A stretch of DNA of 64,000 nucleotides from the NCBI GenBank assembly GCA_045661325.1, contig JAZRFK010000039.1, forward strand, positions 4,563-68,562. The letters are read 5' to 3'. Positions 19,340-26,943 of this stretch are shown here, in pieces (position 1 is the first letter of the stretch; each line of letters begins with the position of its first letter). Source of the stretch: Eubacteriales bacterium (GTDB taxonomy: Bacteria; Bacillota; Clostridia; Oscillospirales; CAG-272). The translations under genes and the position numbers were made by a program. The notes below the pieces were generated by a model. That model was not told the DNA's origin and ran no database searches. It worked only from the letters and a program-made list of their open reading frames with translations.

Positions 19340-20401
19340 TCAGTTACCTCCTTTATCGGCGGCCTCAATAGCGGCCAGCACCTCTTCGGGCGAAGGAATC
19401 ATACCGCCCGCTCTGTTGCAAAGAGTGACGGGGGCCTTGCCGTTGACGGCCAGGCGAACGTCCTCAATCATCTGACCCATAGAAAGCTCAACGGACACGA
19501 AGGCTTTAACCTTTTCGGCCGCTGCGGCAAACTGCTTCTTGGGGAAGGGCCAAAGCGTGATGGGACGAATCATACCCACCTTAATGCCCTTGGCTCTTGC
19601 CTCGTTGATGGCGTTCTTGGAAACACGGGCGGCGATACCAAAGGCGGCCACGCAGATTTCCGCATCCTCCATCATATATTCCTCGTAGAGAACCTCGTTC
19701 TCCTCGATGTACGCATACTTCTCGTAGCGCTCAAAGTTGGTTTTTTCCAGCTCTTCGGGCTTCAAGAACAGAGAGTTGACGATGTTATGGGGTCTTTCAA
19801 GCTTGGTACCCGTCACAGCCCAAGGCTTTGCGGGAGCCTCCTCAATATCAAAGGAGAGAGAAACGGGCTCCATCATCTGACCCATCGTGCCGTCTGCCAG
19901 AATCATAGAGGTCATACGGTACTTGTCTGCCAGGGCAAAGCCCTTCACCGTCAGCTCTGCCATTTCCTGCACGGAGGCAGGCGCCAGAACCAACATATGA
20001 AAGTCGCCGTGTGCGCCACCCTTGGTTGCCTGGAAATAGTCGCTCTGAGAGGGCTGAATACCGCCAAGTCCGGGGCCGCCGCGCTGAACGTTTACGATGA
20101 GAGCGGGAAGATCCGCGCCTGCCAGATAGGAGATGCCCTCGCCCTTCAAGGAAATTCCGGGGCTGGAGGAGGAGGTCATCACGCGCTTGCCCGTTGCGGA
20201 AACGCCGTACACCATATTGATGGCGGCGATTTCACTTTCGGCCTGCAAGAAGGTGCCGCCGATTTTGGGCATTCTTTTTGCCATATAAGCAGCAATTTCG
20301 GTTTGGGGGGTAATGGGATAGCCAAAGTAATGACGGCAGCCTGCGATGATGGCCGCCTCGGCAATGGCTTCGTTGCCTTTCATTAATACCTTATCAGACA
20401 T
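19340..20401 (-). CDS. 2-oxoacid:ferredoxin oxidoreductase alpha subunit (KorA/VorB type)
   Basis: [31 protein letters not shown]-terminus typical of OFOR alpha subunits. Confidence 0.88.
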   Translation of the reverse strand: MSDKVLMKGNEAIAEAAIIAGCRHYFGYPITPQTEIAAYMAKRMPKIGGTFLQAESEIAAINMVYGVSATGKRVMTSSSSPGISLKGEGISYLAGADLPALIVNVQRGGPGLGGIQPSQSDYFQATKGGAHGDFHMLVLAPASVQEMAELTVKGFALADKYRMTSMILADGTMGQMMEPVSLSFDIEEAPAKPWAVTGTKLERPHNIVNSLFLKPEELEKTNFERYEKYAYIEENEVLYEEYMMEDAEICVAAFGIAARVSKNAINEARAKGIKVGMIRPITLWPFPKKQFAAAAEKVKAFVSVELSMGQMIEDVRLAVNGKAPVTLCNRAGGMIPSPEEVLAAIEAADKGGN

Positions 20402-20408
20402 TGCTTTT

Positions 20409-20615
20409 TCACCTTTCTACCTTAATGATACAGTCGGGACACATCGTGGCGCAGAAGGCGCAGCCGATGCACGCTTCCTCGTTCACAGCCTTAACGGGAT
20501 GGTGACCCTTTTGGTTAATGGTTTCGGCATCAAGCGCCAGAACCTGCTTGGGACAAGCATCAACACAAAGGCCACAGCCCTTGCATTTTTCAAATTTAAA
20601 GGTTAATTTTGCCAT
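20409..20615 (-). CDS. OFOR delta subunit, 2x[4Fe-4S] ferredoxin
   Basis: CKGCGLCVDACP and CIGCAFCATMCP motifs in 68 aa; AAGGAG RBS. Confidence 0.85.
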   Translation of the reverse strand: MAKLTFKFEKCKGCGLCVDACPKQVLALDAETINQKGHHPVKAVNEEACIGCAFCATMCPDCIIKVER

Positions 20616-20626
20616 GGTATTCTCCT

Positions 20627-21286
20627 TTACATTCGTTTTTGTAATAATATAGGACGGTAGCTATCGCTCTCGGCCGAAAAATACTGCCAAAGCGACTCGT
20701 GCACCGTGGTATACAAAAATGGAATTTGGGCGGCGGCGGCAACCTCCTTGGCGAAGGCAACCGATCCGCGCACATCCTCTTCGGTGGTTTCCGCACCGAG
20801 ATTGGAATTGTTAATCAGGGCGGTAAAGCGAAGGCCGGAGGCCGCCTCAATCTCGTTCATAACGGTCAAAGCACCGTCAAGATCACGCGTCAAGGGACGA
20901 TAGCCGTTCAAGACGAATATCATCTGGTAATCGTTCTCCTCCTTGATGGCAGGAACGAGTCTACCAAGTGCCAAAGCCCCTCTTTCGTCACCTCCCACAT
21001 CCAGCACGGCGCGAAACGATTTATCGTCTGTCACGGCGTAAATTTCAGCGGGAAGCGCGGGAATGTCAACGTTACTGTTGGCATACGCCGAGCAGATAAG
21101 GCGAACGTCTCGCTCCTTCAAGAGCGCTTCACTGTCCTTCGTGCGAAAATAGGGATTGACAATATCGATATCGGCGATAATCACCTTTTCGTGCGTCTTT
21201 CGCAGAGAGAGCGCGTAATTCACTGCGATGTTGGTTTTTCCGCTACCGTAGTGACCCGAAAAAATCGTTATTCGTTTTTCCTGCAT
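20627..21286 (-). CDS. P-loop NTPase (MinD/ParA/CooC-like), function unknown
   Basis: Walker A FSGHYGSGKTNIAVN close to the N-terminus; GGAAGGAG RBS; sits between acyl-CoA synthetase and OFOR genes. Confidence 0.55.
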   Translation of the reverse strand: MQEKRITIFSGHYGSGKTNIAVNYALSLRKTHEKVIIADIDIVNPYFRTKDSEALLKERDVRLICSAYANSNVDIPALPAEIYAVTDDKSFRAVLDVGGDERGALALGRLVPAIKEENDYQMIFVLNGYRPLTRDLDGALTVMNEIEAASGLRFTALINNSNLGAETTEEDVRGSVAFAKEVAAAAQIPFLYTTVHESLWQYFSAESDSYRPILLQKRM

Positions 21287-21325
21287 AGCTCTCTCCTTCC
21301 CTGCGTTTTTCGCATGATGCTCGCA

Positions 21326-23611
21326 TTATAAAAGATTTCTTTGGATTTTTCCCGTGGCCGTCTTGGGAAGCGCATCACGGAAAACAATAATTCTGGGGTA
21401 TTTATAGGGCGCAGTATGCGTCTTGACGTAATCCTGAATTTCCTTGACAAGCTCGGGCGAGGGCTCTGTTCCCTTCACCAGAACGATGCTGGCCTTGACA
21501 ACCTGGCCTCTGACCTCGTCAGGTGCGGCAGAGACGCCGCATTCCAGAACGTACGGCAGCTCCATAATGACGCTTTCAATCTCGAAGGGCCCGATGCGGT
21601 AACCGGAGGACTTGATAACGTCATCCACGCGGCCAACGTACCAATAGAAGCCGTCCTCATCGCGCCAAGCCACGTCACCCGTATGGTAATAGCCGTCGTG
21701 CTTAACCTCGCGCGTCTTTTCCTCATCGTGATAATACTCGTCAAAGAGACCGCAGGGAGAACCGTTTTCAATCTTGATAACGATTTCGCCCGATTCACCG
21801 ACAGGAACACGACTGCCGTCTGCGGCAAGCAAATCCACGTCATAAATGGGAGCAGGCTTACCCATCGAACCGATTTTATGAGGCGCACCGCGCATATTTC
21901 CGATTATCATCGTGCTTTCGGACTGGCCGAAGCCCTCCAAAATCTGAATGCCCGTTGCCTCCTCGAATTGACGGTAGACCTCGGGGTTTAAGGCCTCGCC
22001 CGCCGTTGTCATATGCTTGACGGAGGAGAGATCGTACTTGGAGATATCCTCCTTGACCATCATACGAAGCATGGTCGGAGGCGCGCAGAAGGTGGTGATT
22101 TGATATTTGGCAAACATAGGCAGAATATCGTCTGCGTGGAAGCGCTCGAAATCGTAAACGAAGGTTGCCGCCTCGCAGAGCCATTGGCCGTAAAGCTTGC
22201 CCCAGAGTGCCTTGGCCCAACCTGTATCCGAAATGGTAAAGTGCAAGCCGTCCGAATCGACGTTATGCCAATACTTTGCGGTATGGAAATGGCCCAAGGG
22301 ATATTTGTGATTATGTACGGCGATTTTGGGATAGCCCGTGGTACCCGAGGTAAAGAACATCAAAAGCGTGTCATTACCGCAGGGGGTATCGGCGGTGCGC
22401 TCAAAATGGGTACTGTAAAGGACGCATTCCTCGTCAAAGCTGCGCCAGCCGTCCTTTTCGCCGCCAACCATAATTTTAATGAGCTTTTTGTCTAACTGCG
22501 CCTCGGCCTTGTCGACCTCCGTGCTGACGCCGCCTCTTCCCGTACAGAGAATGGCCGAAACGCCTGCCGCCTTGAAGCGATATTCAAAATCGTGGTCAAG
22601 CAGCTGATTCATAGCGGGAATGGCGATAGCGCCCAAGCGGTGCAGACCCAGCATTGCGTACCAGAACTGATAGTGTCTGCCCAGAACCAGCATTACGCGG
22701 TCGCCCTTTTTGATACCGAGCGACTTGAAATAGTTGGCCGCACGGCAGGAATTTTTCTTGATGTCGGAAAAAGAGAGTCTGGTTTCCGTTTTATCGTTCG
22801 CCACGTGCAAAAGCGCAAGCTTGCCCGGCTCCTTTTCCGCGATTTTATCCACCACGTCGTAGGCGAAGTTAAAGGTATTCTCGTTTTTGAAGGTGATGGA
22901 GGTGGGGGTGCCGTTTTCGTCCTCCTCGGTATCCACAAATGCGGAGTATACTCTTTCCTTTTCGTCACGCTTGGCCGGACGGCTTTGCACCGCACGAGAG
23001 GGCTGAAGCTCGGGAATGGGCTCGCCCGTGGGATTCAATACAATAGCGTAGAAGCGACAGTCCTCTCCCTCAACGGCTATCATACCGTGGGGCGTGGAGC
23101 TATCGTAATAAATGCTGTCACCGGGGCCAAGAATCTCCACGTGAGAGCCGATTTGCACCTTCAAGTGACCGCTCAACACAATGTCGCACTCCTGACCGTC
23201 GTGCGTGGTTAATTCTATGTCTCTTACCTGCGCCTTTTCGCTATAACGGCTGCACACGTAAAGAGGCTCGGCAATACGGTTTCGGAAAGCAGAGGCCAGG
23301 TTGAAATAGGTCATTCCGTGCGCCTCTTCAATGCGCTGTCCCTGTCCGCTTCTCGTTAAGGTATAAGATTTCAGAGTCGGGCTTTTACCCTCGATAATAT
23401 CCGTTACATCCACGTTGAAGGCGGAGGCACAACGGTAGATAAAGGCAAAGTTCAAGTCCGATTCGCCGTTCTCACAGGCAAGATATTCTGCCTCGGCTAC
23501 GCCCGTTTTGGCGGCCATTTCCGCCACCGTCAAGCCCTCGATTTCGCGAAGCTCACGGATACGGCTTGCCATTTCCTTTATTTTCAAATCAAGTCCCGTA
23601 ATTCCTTGCAT
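21326..23611 (-). CDS. HTH(XRE)-cupin domain fused to an AMP-forming acyl-CoA synthetase (paralog 1)
   Basis: N-terminal HTH (LTVAEMAAKTGVAEAEY), cupin (GDSIYYDSSTPHGM), then adenylation core FFTSGTTGYPK, YHTGD, SSGYRIGPFEIES, PKTATGKIQR. Start set to ATG 23611 (GGAGG RBS), because the longer ORF overlaps the leader terminator. Confidence 0.85.
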   Translation of the reverse strand: MQGITGLDLKIKEMASRIRELREIEGLTVAEMAAKTGVAEAEYLACENGESDLNFAFIYRCASAFNVDVTDIIEGKSPTLKSYTLTRSGQGQRIEEAHGMTYFNLASAFRNRIAEPLYVCSRYSEKAQVRDIELTTHDGQECDIVLSGHLKVQIGSHVEILGPGDSIYYDSSTPHGMIAVEGEDCRFYAIVLNPTGEPIPELQPSRAVQSRPAKRDEKERVYSAFVDTEEDENGTPTSITFKNENTFNFAYDVVDKIAEKEPGKLALLHVANDKTETRLSFSDIKKNSCRAANYFKSLGIKKGDRVMLVLGRHYQFWYAMLGLHRLGAIAIPAMNQLLDHDFEYRFKAAGVSAILCTGRGGVSTEVDKAEAQLDKKLIKIMVGGEKDGWRSFDEECVLYSTHFERTADTPCGNDTLLMFFTSGTTGYPKIAVHNHKYPLGHFHTAKYWHNVDSDGLHFTISDTGWAKALWGKLYGQWLCEAATFVYDFERFHADDILPMFAKYQITTFCAPPTMLRMMVKEDISKYDLSSVKHMTTAGEALNPEVYRQFEEATGIQILEGFGQSESTMIIGNMRGAPHKIGSMGKPAPIYDVDLLAADGSRVPVGESGEIVIKIENGSPCGLFDEYYHDEEKTREVKHDGYYHTGDVAWRDEDGFYWYVGRVDDVIKSSGYRIGPFEIESVIMELPYVLECGVSAAPDEVRGQVVKASIVLVKGTEPSPELVKEIQDYVKTHTAPYKYPRIIVFRDALPKTATGKIQRNLL

Positions 23612-23635
23612 ACTTCCTCCAAGATTGTTATGGCG

Positions 23636-23901
23636 ACAAAAAAAGCCCGCCACAAAGATAAATACTTTGAGACGAGCTTGCTAATCAAAACCCGCGGTAC
23701 CACTCAAATTGCGGCAGATGCCGCCCCTCAGGGTCAATCAACCCGTATGCACTAACGCAGCAAACGCGGAGAGGTTCTACTCGATTCTCTTTCTTCCTCT
23801 CGGCTCGGAAGCTACAAACAGGAGGCAGCATTTAGCGACTCACACCAACCGTCGCTTCTCTGAAAAAGCCGCGTTCCTACACTCTTCGTCAACGCCTTTA
23901 T
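23636..23901 (-). promoter_or_regulatory. T-box leader, specifier read as GUA (Val)
   Basis: Minus strand: stem I base GGC-GTTGA-C-GAAG ... CTTC-C-GA-GCC (GA/K-turn), AGAGA bulge, distal loop GGTTGGTG. T-box AATTTGAGTGGTACCGCGGG (23710-23691). Terminator AGCTCGTCTCAAAG / CTTTGTGGCGGGCT + T7. Specifier GTA (23815-23813) followed by purine G directly before the CTTC helix. Confidence 0.8.
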
Positions 23902-23907
23902 AGAGTC

Positions 23908-23936
23908 ATATTACCACACTTTAAAGTATTTGTCAA
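23908..23936 (-). promoter_or_regulatory. Promoter of T-box(Val) leader
   Basis: TTGACA (23936-23931), 17 nt, TAATAT (23913-23908); spacer contains palindrome ACTTTAAAGT (23918-23927). Confidence 0.7.
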
Positions 23937-23981
23937 CTGTTTTTTTAAAATATTATTTAATTATAGAAGCATCAAGGAAGC

Positions 23982-26249
23982 TTAGAGCTTGTTTCTCTGA
24001 ATCTTGCCGCTGATGGTTTTGGGAAGCTCCGTGCGGAATTCCACAATACGCGGATACTTATAGGGCGCGGTATGCTCCTTGACGTAATTCTGGATTTCCT
24101 TTTTCAATGCCTCTGTTGGCTCGGTTCCCTTCACCAAGACGATGCTGGCCTTGACAACCTGGCCTCTGACCTCGTCGGGTGCGGCAGAGACGCCGCATTC
24201 CAGAACGTACGGCAGCTCCATAATGACGCTTTCAATTTCAAAGGGCCCGATGCGGTAGCCGGAGGATTTGATAACGTCATCCACGCGGCCAACGTACCAA
24301 TAATATCCGTCCTCGTCACGCCAAGCGGTGTCACCCGTATGGTACAAGCCATCGTGCCAGGCATCCGCCGTTTTTGCGTCATCACGGTAATATTCTCTGA
24401 AAAGACCGCAGGGAATGCCCTTATCCGTATGGATAACGATTTCACCGATTTCACCCGCAGGAAGCGATTTTCCATCGGCATCGACAACATCTACGTCATA
24501 TTGGGGATTTGCCTTACCCATAGCGCCGATTTTGGGAGTTGTGCCGTAAAGATTTGCAATAGCAAGGGTGGTTTCCGTTTGACCGAAGCCCTCCATAATT
24601 TCAAGACCCGTTGCCGTTTTGAACTGGTTGAACACCTCGGGGTTCAACGCCTCGCCTGCGGTGGTCATATGATGAATGGAGGACAAATCAAATTTGGAAA
24701 GATCGCCGCGAATAAGCATTCTGAGCATCGTGGGCGGTGCACAGAAGGTGGTGATATTGTACTCTGCAAACATAGGAAGCAGATCGTTTTCATCAAACCT
24801 ATCGAAGTCATAGACGAAAACGGCGCCCTCGCAGAGCCACTGACCGTACAGCTTACCCCACAGGGATTTGCCCCAGCCCGTATCGGAAATGGTTAAATGC
24901 AAGCCGTCACGCTCGCAGCAATGCCAATATTTAGCCGTTACGTAATGACCCAAGGCGTAGGTATGCTTATGCGCCGCCATTTTGGGATTGCCCGTGGTAC
25001 CCGAGGTGAAGAACATCAGCGCAAGGTCATCTCCTGCGGAGCAGTCCTCGGGGCGCTCGTACTTGCTGGAAAACAGCTTATACTCCTTATCAAAGTCAAG
25101 CCAGCCGTCCTTGACGCCGCCAACCATCAAAAGCTTTTCCACCTGAGGACATTTCTTGGCGGCACTTTGTGCATAGGTATAGGTATCTCCGTCAGCGGTG
25201 CATACGATGGCCTTGACCCCTGCGGAATTGTATCTGTACTCAAAATCGTGTTCCTTTAACTGATTCGTTGCGGGAATGGCAATCGCGCCCAGCTTATGAA
25301 GAGCCACCATACAGAACCAGAACTGATAATGACGCTTTAAGACCAACATAACCTTATCGCCCCGCTTGATGCCCAAGGAGGTGAAATAGTTTGCCACCTG
25401 GTTAGATGCCTTCTTGATGTCCTTAAAGGTAAAGCGTCGCTCGTTCTTGTTTCTGTCAAGGTGAAGCATGGCGAGCTTCTCGGGATAGCTATCGGCAATG
25501 CCGTCAACGATGTCGAAGCCGAAGTTAAAGCTTTCGGTGTTTTTGAAGCGAATGCTTTGCAGCTGTCCGTTTGCATTTTCCTTAACGTCAAGGAATTTTT
25601 CGCAAACCAGTGCCTCGCTCTTTTTAGCGGCAATAACGCTTTTTCTGACAACCGTTTCATTGGAATTGTCGCCCGACATAACCACCGCAACGAAGGTACA
25701 GTCCTTGCCGTCAACGGCAATCATTCCGTGCGGAATAGAGGAATTGTAGTAGATGCTATCGCCCTCCTCCAAGACCTCGGTATGCTCGCCGACTTGAATT
25801 TTCAGCTTGCCGTTTAAAACAAGGTCAAACTCCTGACCGCTGTGCGTGGTCAGATGAATGGGCTTATTTTGCTGCGATTGAGAATATTCGTAGGTTACGT
25901 AGTAGGGCTCTGCGAGCTTATCCTTGAACTTGGGCGCCAGGTTGGCAATATCAATGCCGTCCTCCTTGGCAGTTCCCTGTCCCTTGCCCTTTCTCGTCAC
26001 CGTATAGGTAGAAAGCTTTGCCGTGCTACCCTCCAGAAGCTCCGTCATTTCAACGCCGAAGGCCAGCGCACATTTATGGATAAAGGAGAACGGAATATCC
26101 ACCGTACCGCTTTCATAAGAAAGATAGGTAGACTCGTCCACATCGGTTTTTTGCATCATATCGTTTACGGAGAAGCCCATAATTTCGCGCAGCTCTTTGA
26201 TTCGAGTTGCGATTTCCGATAACTGACTTAAAGTGTTGTTTGTATTCAT
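23982..26249 (-). CDS. HTH(XRE)-cupin domain fused to an AMP-forming acyl-CoA synthetase (paralog 2)
   Basis: Same architecture as paralog 1: HTH, cupin (GDSIYYNSSIPHGM), FFTSGTTGNPK, YHTGD, PKTISGKIQR; ATG 26249 nine nt after AAGGAGG. Confidence 0.85.
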   Translation of the reverse strand: MNTNNTLSQLSEIATRIKELREIMGFSVNDMMQKTDVDESTYLSYESGTVDIPFSFIHKCALAFGVEMTELLEGSTAKLSTYTVTRKGKGQGTAKEDGIDIANLAPKFKDKLAEPYYVTYEYSQSQQNKPIHLTTHSGQEFDLVLNGKLKIQVGEHTEVLEEGDSIYYNSSIPHGMIAVDGKDCTFVAVVMSGDNSNETVVRKSVIAAKKSEALVCEKFLDVKENANGQLQSIRFKNTESFNFGFDIVDGIADSYPEKLAMLHLDRNKNERRFTFKDIKKASNQVANYFTSLGIKRGDKVMLVLKRHYQFWFCMVALHKLGAIAIPATNQLKEHDFEYRYNSAGVKAIVCTADGDTYTYAQSAAKKCPQVEKLLMVGGVKDGWLDFDKEYKLFSSKYERPEDCSAGDDLALMFFTSGTTGNPKMAAHKHTYALGHYVTAKYWHCCERDGLHLTISDTGWGKSLWGKLYGQWLCEGAVFVYDFDRFDENDLLPMFAEYNITTFCAPPTMLRMLIRGDLSKFDLSSIHHMTTAGEALNPEVFNQFKTATGLEIMEGFGQTETTLAIANLYGTTPKIGAMGKANPQYDVDVVDADGKSLPAGEIGEIVIHTDKGIPCGLFREYYRDDAKTADAWHDGLYHTGDTAWRDEDGYYWYVGRVDDVIKSSGYRIGPFEIESVIMELPYVLECGVSAAPDEVRGQVVKASIVLVKGTEPTEALKKEIQNYVKEHTAPYKYPRIVEFRTELPKTISGKIQRNKL

Positions 26250-26274
26250 AACGAACACCCTCCTTAAAAATTTT

Positions 26275-26537
26275 AAAAAAACAAAACCCGCCCCAAAGAA
26301 AAATCTTTGAGGCGGGTGAAAACACTCGCGGTACCACTCAAATTGCGCCGAAACGCCACTTTACGAAGTCCAACAACTTCTGCACACTAACGCTGTGCTC
26401 CTCGTGAAGCCCTACTGCTTTCAGGCTCCAGGCTCGGAAGTGATAGGGTTTTCTCTCTGCGCTACGGCTCGCACCAACCGCCGTTTCTCTTGGCCGCTAT
26501 CCGAGAAGCCCGTCTTCGTCATTGCCTTTTTCAATTT
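26275..26537 (-). promoter_or_regulatory. T-box leader, specifier read as AUC (Ile)
   Basis: Minus strand: GGC-AATGA-C-GAAG ... CTTC-C-GA-GCC, AGAGA bulge, GGTTGGTG distal loop. T-box AATTTGAGTGGTACCGCGAG (26344-26325). Terminator ACCCGCCTCAAAGA / TCTTTGGGGCGGGT + T-run. Specifier ATC (26444-26442) followed by A before the CTTC helix. Confidence 0.8.
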
Positions 26538-26543
26538 GGTAAG

Positions 26544-26572
26544 ATTGTATCACACTTAAACGGGTTTGTCAA
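26544..26572 (-). promoter_or_regulatory. Promoter of T-box(Ile) leader
   Basis: TTGACA (26572-26567), 17 nt, TACAAT (26549-26544). Confidence 0.7.
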
Positions 26573-26858
26573 GTGTTTTTTTGATATTTTTTGACCAAAA
26601 AAGGCAAGAAGGCCAAGGGAACAAATTATCGTTGTGAAAAAGAGAAAAAGTGACGGCCGTGCCAAACACTTTTTTAATTCTAAAAGGAAAGCATCAGCCC
26701 TGTTTCCGAAAAGAAACGCCATCACTATCGAAAGCATAACCTCTAAAACATCTGTTCTGTCGAAATGCGTTTAAACTCCCCGTAACCTTGACAAAAGTTT
26801 CATTGACAAATGGCGGGGAGAGCGCGAAAAAATAAAACATCTTTTTTCCTTGATTTGC

Positions 26859-26886
26859 TTGACAAAACGCACGCAGATGGTATAAT
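26859..26886 (+). promoter_or_regulatory. Promoter of the 701-aa gene
   Basis: TTGACA (26859-26864), 16 nt, TGgTATAAT extended -10 (TATAAT 26881-26886). Confidence 0.7.
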
Positions 26887-26943
26887 GAGGGTGTAAGAAA
26901 ACCCCAAAAATTCAGGACATTCCTGGTAAAAAAGGAGTATGGT

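Noticed and set aside
26531-26737. 68-aa ORF on the minus strand upstream of the Ile T-box
   Set aside because: It overlaps the T-box promoter, has no RBS and a hydrophobic junk sequence. The region is better explained as promoter and intergenic DNA.
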